From Hydrurus foetidus (taxonomy: Eukaryota): a stretch of 59,691 bases of DNA. The position numbers and the translations under genes were made by a program. Numbering within the stretch: the first letter of the stretch is position 1; each line of letters opens with the position of its first letter. This document shows, one piece after another, positions 33,250 to 43,825 of the stretch. Where the stretch lies: the NCBI GenBank assembly GCA_900617105.1, contig UYFQ01000506.1:310001-369691 (forward strand), in the 5' to 3' direction. The notes beneath the pieces were generated by a model. That model searched no databases and was not told the origin of the DNA. It worked only from the letters and a program-made list of their open reading frames with translations.

Positions 33250-34350
33250 CGGGATATGGCGGAAAAGGGCTTGGGAAGCAATGTCGAGCCCTCGCCCAGC
33301 CCCGGCGCCCACATCACCTGATCCACCCGCGTGGCTCCCGCCGCCAGCATCGCCAGCCGGTCAAAGCCCAGGGCGCAGCCCGAAGCCTGGGGCATGATCG
33401 CCAGAGCCGCCAGGAAATCCTCGTCGAGGGGATAGCGCTCGCCATAGATCCGCGCCTTCTCGTCCATCTCCATCACGAATCGGCGGCGCTGTTCGACCGG
33501 GTCGGTGAGCTCGCCAAAGGCGTTGGCCAGCTCCACCCCGCAGGCATACAGCTCGAAGCGCTCGGCCACGCGCGGATCGCCCGGCTTGGGCCGCGCCAGG
33601 GCGGCCTCGGCCACGGGATATTCGCACAGGATGGTGGCGCGCCCGACGCCCAGCCGGGGCTCGACCTTCTCGACGATCACCCGGCTGAAGACATCGGCCC
33701 AGCTGTCGTCATCGGCTACGCGGATCCCCGCCGCCCGCGCCGCAGCGGCCAGGGCGTCGCGGTCGGTCTGGCCATCGGGGCCCAGGCTGGCCAGCAGATC
33801 CACGCCGGCATGACGCGCGAAAGCCTGCGCCACGCTCAGCCGCTCGGGCGGGGCGAAGGGATCGCAGTCCAGGCCCCGGAAGGAAAACCGCCGCGTCCCC
33901 GCCGTCTCGGCCGCGATGGCCAGCAAGGTCGCGCAGTCGTCCATCAGCACCTCATAGCTTCCGGCCCGGTACCATTCCAGCATCACGAACTCGGGGTGGT
34001 GCAGCGGCCCGCGCTCGCGATTGCGCCACACCCGGGCGAAATCGAAGATCCTCGCCTCGCCCGCCGCCAGCAGCTTCTTGCAGGCAAATTCCGGCGAGGT
34101 GTGCAGATAGAAGGCCTGGTCCGGCTCGCCCGTCAGGCTGGTCAGGGTGGTCGAGAAGGCATGCAGATGGGCCTCGTTGCCGGGCGACACCTGCAGGGCG
34201 GCGACCTCGACCTCGACGAAGTCCTGGCCTCGAACCAGCCGCGCACGGCGCGGTGATGGCGTTGCGCGCCAGCAGGAAAGGCCGGCGATCGGCGTGAACC
34301 GAGGGCGTCCACCATGGCGACCTGGGGGGAGAGGGGGTGTCAGCAGCCAC
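33250..34350 (-). CDS. epmA: EF-P lysine aminoacylase (frameshifted; ends approximate)
   Basis: [47 protein letters not shown]. Confidence 0.92.
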
Positions 34351-34472
34351 GGGGCCTCCGCATAGTAGAGACTGGCGATCTTGCCGCGTTCGCTATAGGA
34401 GGGCGGTCACAAGATCTCTACTCCATTCGCGCGGCCGCCCGGGCAGCGCCCGAAAGCCTAAGGACTGAAGAA

Positions 34473-35038
34473 GTGAAGGTAGCCGCCAGCTCGCTCCGCA
34501 AAGGCGCCGTCGTCGATATGGACGGCCGCCTGTATGTCGTTCTGACCGTCGACAACATCCACCCCGGCAAGGGCACCCCGGTGACCCAGCTGAACATGCG
34601 CCGCATCAGCGACGGCGTGAAGGTTTCGGAACGCTACCGCACCACCGAGCAGGTCGAGCGCGCCTTTGTCGACCAGCGCGACCACACCTTCCTGTACCAG
34701 GACGGCGAGGGCTTCCACTTCATGAACCCCGAGAACTACGACCAGGTCGTGGCCAGGCGGACGTGATCGGCGACGCCGCGCCCTATCTGCAGGAGAACAT
34801 GACGGTCCAGCTGTCGACCCACAACGACATCCCGATCGCCATCGAACTGCCGCGCACCATGATCCTGGAAGTCGTCGACACCGAACCCTCGGTCAAGGGT
34901 CAGACCGCCAGCTCGTCCTACAAGCCGGCCCTGCTCAGCAACGGCATCAAGACCACCGTGCCGCCCTATATCGCCGTAGGCGTGCGGGTGGTGATCCTGA
35001 CCGAAGACAACAGCTACCAGGAACGCGCCAAGGACTGA
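34473..35038 (+). CDS. efp: elongation factor P (frameshift ~34755)
   Basis: HPGKGT, FLYQD...[21 protein letters not shown]. Confidence 0.96.
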
Positions 35039-35066
35039 TTGGCCTCTTCCTTTCGACGACGACAAG

Positions 35067-35104
35067 AAAAGGCCCGGCGGTTACCCGCCGGGCCTTTGTT
35101 TTTT
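35067..35104. terminator. bidirectional rho-independent terminator
   Basis: aaaaggcccggcgg-ttac-ccgccgggcctttgtttttt between convergent efp and the TonB receptor gene. Confidence 0.85.
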
Positions 35105-35150
35105 GGACCGGTGCGATGGGCGACAGACCCACCGCACCAGGCTGGACGGG

Positions 35151-37599
35151 CTAGAATTCAGCCGCGAGGGTGACGAAGCCCTGGCGCGGCGGCTGCGGGA
35201 AGGCGGTGTAACCGCCCGAGTTGCTGGTCACGCCGGCCGTCGAGACGCCCTTCTTGTCGAAGAGGTTGGTGACGTTGGCGGACAGGCGCAGACCCTTCAG
35301 CATGCCCGCGTCGGCGACGTCGAAGTTGTAGCCGGCCTGCAGGTCGACCAGCATCATCGCCTTGACCGACAGGTCGTTCAGATAGGTGACGTAGCGCTTG
35401 CCGACATAGTCGCCGCTGATCTGGGCGTCGAACTTGCCCAGATTGACGCGGGCGATGGTCTTGTTCATCCAGCGCGGCGTCAGCGGCACGAACTTGCCGC
35501 CGGTGGCCACGGTCACCGGCGTGGAGACGCCGTTCACCAGGGTCGTGCCGCTCTGGTAGTCGCTGTCGTACTTCGACTCGTTGAACGAGACGGCGTTGTA
35601 GATCTGGAAGCGGGGGCCGAACTTGATCGTGCCCGCCACGTCGAGGCCCTTGGTGGTCACGCCGCCGACATTGGCCAGGATGGCCGGCGCCGGGTTGATG
35701 AAGTTGAACGGCGCGATGTTCAGCAGGCGGTTGCTGAACTTGACGTCATAGGCGTTGATCTGGCCCTCGACCCCGGTGATCGGGCCCCAGGCCACGGTGC
35801 GACGCGAGCGCAGGCCCGCCTCGTAGGTCCAGGAGGTTTCCGGCTTCACCGTCTTCTTGAACAGCTCGAAGGCGGCCTGGGTGCCCAGGCTCCAGGCCGA
35901 GAAGCCGTAGAAGCCGCTGCCCGCGCCGTACGGAATGAACTGGCGCATGTTCTGCTGCACGTTGACGAAGACCTGATCGTTCTCGGTGGCGTCCCACAGC
36001 AGGCCCGCCTGCGGCAGGAACCACTTGTTCGATCTGATGCTGCCGGTCGGGTACTGCACCGGCACGGCCACGGTCGGCAGGTTCTTCTGATTGATCGGGA
36101 ACTTGCCCGTCGCGTCCTGGAGGCTGGACTTGAAGCCGGCCTGCAGCAGCAGTTTGGCGTCACGCGCCACTGGTCCTGCAGGTGCAGCTGGACGTCGTTG
36201 ACGAAGAAGGCGTTGGCGTACTGGGTCAGCACCTTCTTGCCGCGCGGCACGTCGTACGGCGACAGGTTGTTATTGTCCTTGGTCATCGGATACCAGGCGC
36301 GCTGCTGGGCCGGTTCGTTGTGCTCGAACCACAGACCGCCCTTGATCTGGTGATCGCCCAGCGTCCACTCGACCGTCGAAATCGCGCCCGGACGGTTGAT
36401 GCGGTACTCGGTGGTGCGCACCGCATAGCCGCTGCCGCCGAACAGGTTGACGATGTTGGTCAGGGTGGCGGGGCTGGTGGTCGAGCCGACCAGGAGGCCC
36501 GGATAGTAGGTCGCGAACAGGCCCGGCAGACCAGCGGTGTTGACCGGCCCCGACACGATCCCGCGGCCGAAGTTGTAGTGATAATAGGCCTGGTTGGTCC
36601 AGGTCAGGTTCTCGGTCGGCTTCCAGGCGTACTTGACGTACGCCAGGATGTCTTCGCGCTGGGCGGCGCTGAAGCAGTTGGAGTAGTTGTTGCCCTGGGC
36701 CGGCGGCGGGGTGCCCGGACCGCCCGTCAGGTTGGCCGTGCAGCCGGCCAGATCCGGATAGATGAAGGCGCGGGTGTAGGGCTTGAAGCCCTGGGCCGCA
36801 GCGGTCTGCTGGTTGCCCATGGCCGTGGCGTCTTCGTTCGGCTCAACCTTCATCTGCCAGTCGGCGTAGAAGGTCAGCTCGCCCTTTTCACCTTCGTGGA
36901 CCAGCTTCAGGTTGACCTGGTGGCCACGCTGATGACCGTCGAAGTCCCAGGCCTTGGCGTCCTGGCGCAGGTACGACAGATAGCCCTTGAAGCCGCCGGC
37001 CATCTCGCCCGACTCGGCGCGCAGGAAGGTGCGCGAGGCGTCGTAGCTGCCGAAGGTCTGGTTGACGGTCAGGCCGCGTTGCGCCGACGGATCCCGGCTG
37101 AAGGTTTCGATCGCGCCGCCCAGGTTGCTGGTCGAGGGCACGCCCAGCGAACCGGCCCGACGACAGGGTGACGCGCGAGACGTTCTCGCTGGTCACGGCG
37201 CGCGAGACCGACAGGCCGTTGTAGCCGTACTGCTGGTCGCCCAGCGGCACGCCGTCCATCGTGAAGCCCAGCTGCTGGGTCGAGAAGCCGTGCACGAACA
37301 GCGACAGGTTCTGCTCGTTATTGCCCCACGGATCGGCGGTCCGATAGACGACGCCGGGCAGGAACTGGATGGTTCAGCGGGCTGGCGCCGGGGAGGACGC
37401 GCTGGATCTGCTGGCTCTCCATGGCGACGGCCGAGCGGGTTTCGCGCGTGCTGGTGACGACCAGCTGTTCGACCTCTGTCGATTCCGGGTTCGCCGGTGT
37501 GGTCGTGTCGGCGGCGTGGGCGCCGGTCGCCAGAAGGGCGCCGGCGGCGACGCCGCACCAAAGCCGCGCGGAGCGGCTGATCAGTCGATCAAAAGTCAT
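35151..37599 (-). CDS. TonB-dependent receptor (frameshifted)
   Basis: Signal peptide, EQLVVT TonB box, plug GFTMDGVP, NVTNLFDK, C-terminal Phe. Confidence 0.93.
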
Positions 37600-37660
37600 A
37601 TCTACCCCCGAGAGCGCGTTTCGGCGCACAGTGTTTCAGGGCGCGTGAGTATGGGTCGCG

Positions 37661-37700
37661 CGAGACGGTACTGCGACAGTCCTGCGACCTTGGCGTGAAG
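37661..37700 (-). promoter_or_regulatory. Pho-box-like 11-bp-periodic direct repeats
   Basis: On - strand ttcac, gtcgc, gtcgc, gtctc at exact 11-bp spacing upstream of the receptor. Confidence 0.5.
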
Positions 37701-38022
37701 GCGCGTGTTCAGGTCTGATGATCCCGGCGGATCGCCGTCTCGGCCACGAACCCGTCGCGCGGCTTCAGCCGTTTCGCCAGCTTGGGATTGTCGGCGCGCC
37801 GGACGAAAGGGTGGCCGGTGTCGGCCTCGACGGCTCTGGCCGGCCGGGCGCACCACCCGTCGGCGGCGTGTGGACAAGACCAGAAAGCGCTGTAGAGCTT
37901 TAGGTTGCCGGTCAAGGTCAGGGCGCACACCGCCTGGACCGCGACCCACGGCCCCCAACGGGCGATGTCTGAAGCTTGCGTTCCTCAAAGCAGGCTCAGG
38001 CGCCAGAACGGAGGTTTGAGTC

Positions 38023-38547
38023 ATGACCACGGTTCAGAGCACGCCGTTTCCCTCAAGCTCGCGGCTGGCCGAGATCTTTCCGACCAAGGCCTGGTTTCAC
38101 GACAGCTACGCCGCTCCGCTGACCCGCACCGACCTGTCGATGCCCGATCTGTTCTTCGCCATTTTTGCGCATCATCCGGACTGGCTGAAGGGCCTGCTGA
38201 TGGCCCGCAACCGGGTGGCGTCGCGCTTTGGGCTGGAGGCGCCCAGCGATGCCGATATCCGCAACCCGGTGCAACGCGCAGACTATCGCGTGGGCGAGAC
38301 CATCGGCCCCTGGCCGATCTTTGCGCTGTGGTCCGAGGAACTGGTCGCGGGTCGCGACAATGGCCACCTGGATTTCCGCGTATCCCTGTCCCGCCAGCAG
38401 GGGCCCAAGGGCCGGACGATCACGGTCAGCACCGTCTGCCACCCGCATGGACTGGCCGGAAAGGCCTATCTGCTGGCGGTCGCGCCGTTCCACAAGCTCG
38501 GCGTCAGAGGCCTGCTCGCCGACGCAGCGGCGCACGGCCGGATATAG
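38023..38547 (+). CDS. DUF2867 family protein
   Basis: FHDSY, P.WL..L..ARN, G.F..., GRDNGHLDFRVS, G.AYL..V.PFH. Confidence 0.85.
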   Translation: MTTVQSTPFPSSSRLAEIFPTKAWFHDSYAAPLTRTDLSMPDLFFAIFAHHPDWLKGLLMARNRVASRFGLEAPSDADIRNPVQRADYRVGETIGPWPIFALWSEELVAGRDNGHLDFRVSLSRQQGPKGRTITVSTVCHPHGLAGKAYLLAVAPFHKLGVRGLLADAAAHGRI

Positions 38548-38862
38548 ACAACAGCTGGACGCGCGCCCCCGCCCTTGCGCCACCACTTAGCGGCCGAGCC
38601 GGGTACCGCGCGCAATCTGAGCGGATTTCCCTGAGCGGGCTTTCTTCGCCGCCGACCCGCGCCCCGTCGCGGGATCCCACCCTAAAACCCTTGGTGGAAT
38701 TGGAGCTCTGGCTGAGGGTCTCAGGCGCGGGGTAGCGCCCGCGCCAGGGCGCTGAGGCGCCAGCCCGGCAGCGACGGCCCCTTGACCGCGGGGGGCGATC
38801 GGACGGCCCTTCGCCGCGAGATTTAGGGATGGCGCCCTTCGGCGCGAAGGTGGGCGCGCTCC

Positions 38863-38994
38863 CAAGTCCTCTCCCTGAAGGGGGAGGCGATCACGAAGTG
38901 ATCGGAGGGGGTAGTGCTGCTGAGCCATTGCGGTCTTCCCCCACCGGCCCCCGATCAAGTCGGGGACCGCCTCCCCCTTCAGGGGGAGGACTTG
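38863..38994. repeat. palindromic repeat with terminal inverted repeats, copy 1
   Basis: caagtcctctccctgaagggggagg...cctcccccttcagggggaggacttg; inverted copy at 49256-49378. Confidence 0.8.
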
Positions 38995-39045
38995 CGGGGA
39001 TACGCCGTGCTCAATCCCCGTTCTTTTGAGAACAAACCCCAGCCC

Positions 39046-39107
39046 AATCAACCGCTTGTAAAATAGTTGATCGCGCCCATCAGACGCGCTCAAACCTCCC
39101 GTATTCT
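39046..39107 (+). promoter_or_regulatory. IHF-consensus site plus putative -10 (copy 1)
   Basis: aatcaaccgcttg fits WATCAANNNNTTR; tattct at 39102-39107; block conserved in copy 2. Confidence 0.5.
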
Positions 39108-39109
39108 TG

Positions 39110-39505
39110 TCCCACCTCGTCGCGAGGAAAGGGCGCAAGGCCAGCGACCATTGCGGCGGCGGGGGGTGATCGAGCGGGACTGGGGTCGAGGGGGATACTC
39201 GACCGGTCCGGGGATCCTGGCGTTGCAGGACCCGCCCGCCGTCGGCGTGGATGGGGATCAAGGCGAGTGTTGGTCAGGATTGGCCCCACGCCCCCCGACC
39301 TCCGGGACTTCGGGAAACCGAAGCTTCCGGGTTCCGGTAAGGCCCCAACTGGGCCACCCGCTGGGACGCTGATGGATAACGACCACGCGGAGCGCTCGGC
39401 TTCGTCGAAACGGTATTTTCTATCTCTCATCCGGACGTGGTCCGGACGCTCCGCGACCCTTTCCACCCCCATCGGCGGTTTTCCGCGCGAGGTGTGAAAC
39501 CGTGT
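39110..39505 (+). ncRNA. candidate large structured RNA, copy 1
   Basis: No credible ORF; conserved blocks and covarying stems relative to 48695-49130 (-). Confidence 0.55.
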
Positions 39506-39544
39506 CCGTGCCCCAGGTTGTAAGTCCAGGCTGCGCCCAAACAG

Positions 39545-39572
39545 AAAGGCCCGGAGTCGCCTCCGGGCCTTT
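39545..39572. terminator. rho-independent terminator after etfA, possibly bidirectional
   Basis: aaaggcccggag-tcgc-ctccgggccttt. Confidence 0.8.
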
Positions 39573-39594
39573 CCAGGGTCTTGTGGGCGCAAGC

Positions 39595-40534
39595 CTACTT
39601 TCCGGCGGCGGCGAGCGCGTCCATCAGTTCGGGCACCGCGGTCTTGTAGTCGGCGACCAGGCCGAAATCGGCGACCTGGAAGATCGGGGCGTCGCTGTCC
39701 TTGTTGATGGCGACGATGATCTTGCTGTCCTTCATGCCGGCCAGGTGCTGGATGGCACCCGAGATGCCGATGGCGACATACAGGGCCGGCGCCACGACCT
39801 TGCCGGTCTGACCGACCTGATAGTCGTTGGGGGCGTAGCCCGCATCGACTGCAGCGCGCGAGGCGCCCACGGCGGCGCCCAGCTTGTCGGCCAGGGGCTC
39901 GATCACCCGCTGGAACTCTTCAGCCGAGCCCATGGCCCGACCGCCGGAGACGACGATCTTGGCCGCCGCCAGTTCGGGGCGGTCGGACTTGACCATCTCT
40001 TCGCTGACGAAGCGGGTCTTGTCGGCTTCCGCGCCGGAGGCGTTCTCGACCGGGGCCGAGCCGCCCTCTTCCGCCGCCGCAAAGGCGGTGGGACGCACGG
40101 TGATCACCTTCTTGGCGTCCGAGGACTGGACGGTTTCGAGGGCGTTGCCGGCATAGATCGGGCGCACGAAGGTGTCGGCCGAGACGACTTCCACGATCTC
40201 GCTGATCGGGGCGACGTCCAGCTTGGCGGCGACGCGCGGCGCGAAGTTCTTGCCGCCCGACGGGCCGGAACCAGGATCGCGTCGATAGTGGCCGGCCAGG
40301 GCCAGCACGGCGTCGGCTTGCGCCTCGCCACGCTGTGACCCAAGGCGGCGCTGTCGGCCAGCAGGACCTTGCGGACACCGCGATCTTGGCGGCCATGTCG
40401 GCCACGGCCTTGGCGTTGTGGCCCATGACCAGAACGTCCACGTCGCCCGAAAGCTTCAGGGCGGCGGTGACGGTCTTGTGGGTGCCATCGCGCAGGTGCG
40501 CGTTGTCGTTATCGGCGACGACGAGAACAGCCAT
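39595..40534 (-). CDS. etfA: electron transfer flavoprotein alpha (frameshifted)
   Basis: [44 protein letters not shown]. Confidence 0.97.
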
Positions 40535-41281
40535 CTAGAGCACTCCCGCGAGATTGAGCTTGGCCACCAGGTCGGCGGCGGTTTCGACCTTGATGCCGGC
40601 CGAGCGCTTGGCCGGCTCTGCGACCTTGAGGACCGTGAGGCGCGGCGTGATGTCGACGCCGTAGTCGGCGACCGTCTTGCTGACGATCTCCTTCTTCTTG
40701 GCCTTCATGATGTTGGGCAGGCTGGCATAGCGCGGCTCGTTGAGGCGCAGGTCAGCGGTGATCACGGCCGGCAGATCGACGTCCAGCACCTGCAGGCCGC
40801 CGTCGACTTCGCGGGTGACCTTGGCGGTGGAGCCCGAAACCTCGAGGGCCGAGGCATAGGTGGCTTGCGGCCAGCCCAGCACGGCCGACAGCATCTGGCC
40901 CACGGCGTTGTTGTCGCCGTCGATCGCCTGCTTGCCCATCAGGACCAGGCCGGGTTGCTCTTCGCCGATCACGGCGGCCAGCAGCTTGGCCACGGCCAGG
41001 GGCTCGGGATCAGCGTCGGTGGTGATCAGGATGCCGCGATCGCCGCCCATGGCCAGGGCCGTGCGGATGGTTTCCTGGGCTTGAGCCGGGCCGATGCTGA
41101 CGATGACGATTTCGGTCGCCACGCCCTTTTCCTTGAGGCGCACGGCCTCTTCGACCGCGATCTCGCAGAAGGGATTCATCGACATCTTGACGTTCGCCAG
41201 ATCGACGCCCGTTTGATCGGCCTTTACGCGGACCTTCACGTTGTAATCGATAACCCGTTTAACCGGGACCAGGACCTTCAT
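40535..41281 (-). CDS. etfB: electron transfer flavoprotein beta
   Basis: [43 protein letters not shown]. Confidence 0.98.
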   Translation of the reverse strand: MKVLVPVKRVIDYNVKVRVKADQTGVDLANVKMSMNPFCEIAVEEAVRLKEKGVATEIVIVSIGPAQAQETIRTALAMGGDRGILITTDADPEPLAVAKLLAAVIGEEQPGLVLMGKQAIDGDNNAVGQMLSAVLGWPQATYASALEVSGSTAKVTREVDGGLQVLDVDLPAVITADLRLNEPRYASLPNIMKAKKKEIVSKTVADYGVDITPRLTVLKVAEPAKRSAGIKVETAADLVAKLNLAGVL

Positions 41282-41515
41282 CGGGTTTCACGCCTCCAGG
41301 CTGCGTTTTCTCTAGCGTTGGCACGGGAATTACCCTTTTTGCACCGCAACGCAAGTTTCCCTTCGCGTAAGCGTAAAGCATTAGCCTGCGCGGGGTTCAA
41401 ACAACTGTACGATACTTCGCTGAAGGCGTCCGCCGGCCGTTGCGCCATCGGCGCGAAAGGCCCGGCCGAGGAAAGGACTGGTCAGCTTTGCGGTCGGCAA
41501 CTAAACAGCCGGGCC

Positions 41516-41774
41516 ATGAACCGCACGATCAATCGCCTGAAAATCATCTTCGTCGGCCTGTTCCTGGCCAGCAGCGTCGGCGTTTTGGGCTACCACCTTC
41601 TGGTCTGGCTCCAAGGACCGCTGCGAGGCGCGCGGCGGGGCCTGGGCTGGGCGCTGGCTCAAGTGCGGCACGGTCTATTCGATCGAGACCCTGACGCGCC
41701 GCCCGGCCAATGTGCCACCGATCAACAACGAGCGACCCGCTCCCGCCACCCCGGCCGCGCCCGAGAAGAAATAG
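41516..41774 (+). CDS. small single-TM protein with a Cys pair (frameshifted)
   Basis: MNRTINRLKIIFVGLFLASSVGVLGYH..., then PKDRCEARGGAWAGRWLKC... Confidence 0.55.
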
Positions 41775-41778
41775 GGGC

Positions 41779-42347
41779 CTAGCGGGTCGCGCCAGGCTTC
41801 CACAGCACGTCGGCCGCGCCCTTGTCATTGGCCCATCGCGCCGCGACGAACAGCAGATCCGACAGGCGGTTGATATATTTCAGCGCGGGCTGTCCGACGA
41901 CTTCCCCGGTTTCGACAACTGCACCACGACACGCTCGGCCCGGCGGCAGACCGTCCGCGCCACATGCAGGGCGGCCGAGGCCGGCGACCCGGCCGGCAAC
42001 ACGAACGAGGTCAGAGAGCTCGCCGTTCAGGCGGTCGATCTCCTGTTCCAGCCGCTCGACCTGGCTCTCGACGATTCGCAGGGGCTCCCAGGCGGGCTTT
42101 TCGTGCTGCTCAGGCGTGGCCAGATCCGCGCCCAGGTCGAAAAGATCGTTCTGAATGCGCTCCAGCATGGCGTCGAGCTCAGGATCACCTGCGGTGTGTT
42201 GTCGCGCCACGCCCAGGAAGGCGTTGGTCTCATCGACGCCGCCATAGGCCTCGACCCTCAGCGAAGCCTTGCTGACAGGCGCTCCCGTGGCCAGGCGCGT
42301 TAAGCCGCCATCCCCGTGCGGGTGTAGATCCTGCTGAGCGAGACCAT
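41779..42347 (-). CDS. PduO-type cob(I)alamin adenosyltransferase (frameshifted)
   Basis: IYTRTG.., [29 protein letters not shown]. Confidence 0.9.
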
Positions 42348-42373
42348 GGGTCGCAGACCGCCGTTATCGTGTT

Positions 42374-42571
42374 TTAGCGCGTGCGCCACCAATATGCGGC
42401 CACCAGCACGATGATAGCCACGAACTGCAGCACCACGCGAAGCCGCATCAGCTTGTTGGAATTGGAGCGGCCAAAGTCACCGCCCCTGAAGAGTGCATAG
42501 AGCCCCCCGCTGAGCGCCAGAAGCACCGCCAGCAGCGCGGCTGGAACGAGGAAGTCGAAGAGTCTGTCCAT
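42374..42571 (-). CDS. twin transmembrane helix small protein (HIG1-like)
   Basis: GLYALFRGGDFGRSNSNKLMRLRVVLQ. Confidence 0.88.
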   Translation of the reverse strand: MDRLFDFLVPAALLAVLLALSGGLYALFRGGDFGRSNSNKLMRLRVVLQFVAIIVLVAAYWWRTR

Positions 42572-42883
42572 GAGCTTGACGATAGGCGCTTGGCAACCTT
42601 TTGGCCACTGAGCTTTGCATTGGCGAAACGGTGTCCGATGAGCGAGTTCGCCGAACGGGTTCGTTGAGTGCATTTGTCGCAGTGGCAATTTGAGAACGGT
42701 AACATATATAGAAAACAAGCCGATGTTCGGTGATTTTAGTTCTACCTAGCGGTTGCTATCCCACGGCTAGGGCGTTAAGCCCCCCGCTTAAATTTTTTCA
42801 AGTATGCGTTCGTTGAACACGATCATCTCCTCACCGCAGATCGTTCAGCGCTCATCCCCAGCGGGGAGGCAGGAGAAAACAGA

Positions 42884-43108
42884 ATGGCAAAGGCCGCTAC
42901 AGCCGTCGCCGCGTTCTCCGCGTCCGAACGCGAAGACGCCATGGCGGAAGTCCGCCAATTGATCACCGACCTGCGCGACGCCGCGCAGGATGGCCGCCAA
43001 CTGGCGCGCCGCTACGCCGACGTTCTTCAGAACGTTGTCGATGACTATTGCACTGAGTTTGAGAAGCGCGCCGAGGCGGCCCTCGCTCGACTGGAGGCCG
43101 CCGCATGA
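42884..43108 (+). CDS. 74-aa helical hypothetical protein
   Basis: Strong RBS aggag; ATGA overlap with the downstream TetR gene. Confidence 0.65.
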   Translation: MAKAATAVAAFSASEREDAMAEVRQLITDLRDAAQDGRQLARRYADVLQNVVDDYCTEFEKRAEAALARLEAAA

Positions 43109-43752
43109 GCTTTGTATCCGTCAATATCGAGTCGGCCACCGACTCTCCCGTCAAGCTGACCCGCCGGGCCCTGGCCAAGCAACGCACGCGCGAACGCGTC
43201 CTGTCGGCCGCCCGCCGTCTGTTCAGTGAGCGGGGCTATGAAGGCGCGACCATCCGTGACATCGCCCAGGCTGCGGGGATGTCGACCGGCGCAGTGTTCG
43301 CCAGCTTTGCAGACAAGACCGAGCTGTTCGACGAAATCCTGACCGCCGACTACGAAGTGATCTACGCCCAGATGGTTCAGGCCGCCCGCGCCGCCGTCAC
43401 CGTCGATGAGGCCCTGCTGGGTCTGTTCGGCGTCGCCTACAGCTTCCATGTCGACCAGCTCCCGCTGCTGCGCGCGAGTATCGCCGTGTCGTGGACCCGC
43501 AACGAGGCCGCTGAGCGGCGCGCTCGTGCGGATCTCAAGCACATCTTCCGCCTGATCGGCGAAATCACACAGCGTGGTATCGATCAAGGTCAGCTGAAGA
43601 GCGGCATCGATGCAAAGCTCTTGGCTGAAATGACTTGGGACGTGTATGTCGCCAACTATCGTCGCGCCGTCTTTGATGGCTGGACGGTAGAAGCGTTGCT
43701 CGCGCGGCTTTCAGATCAACTGAAAGTCATTTTTGCGGGCGCTCGCGCCTGA
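43105..43752 (+). CDS. TetR/AcrR family regulator
   Basis: RERVLSAARRLFSERGYEGATIRDIAQAAGMSTGAVF. Confidence 0.93.
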   Translation: MSFVSVNIESATDSPVKLTRRALAKQRTRERVLSAARRLFSERGYEGATIRDIAQAAGMSTGAVFASFADKTELFDEILTADYEVIYAQMVQAARAAVTVDEALLGLFGVAYSFHVDQLPLLRASIAVSWTRNEAAERRARADLKHIFRLIGEITQRGIDQGQLKSGIDAKLLAEMTWDVYVANYRRAVFDGWTVEALLARLSDQLKVIFAGARA

Positions 43753-43825
43753 TTTAGAGGGCGCCCCGTTGGGGCGGGGCGTCCTTGATCATAATTAGAC
43801 GCTGGCGTGTTCGAGGGGGACGGGC

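Noticed and set aside
37709..37930. 73-aa ORF or possible sRNA upstream of the TonB receptor
   Set aside because: No recognisable family, RBS or RNA motif; cannot be supported from sequence alone
38587..39261. ORFs sharing RDQLFYKRLIGL...QQHYPLRSLRDRLPLQGEDLGARP (also 48933-49433)
   Set aside because: Shared peptide is a translation of the non-coding repeat and IHF cassette; the palindromic DNA explains the conservation
39386..39455. Hammerhead-like words (CGAAAC and TCATCCGG) in a multi-stem junction
   Set aside because: No CUGANGA and GAAA in the required order on one strand
42775..42791. Possible CtrA site ttaa...ttaa
   Set aside because: Spacer is 9 bp rather than the 7 bp of the consensus
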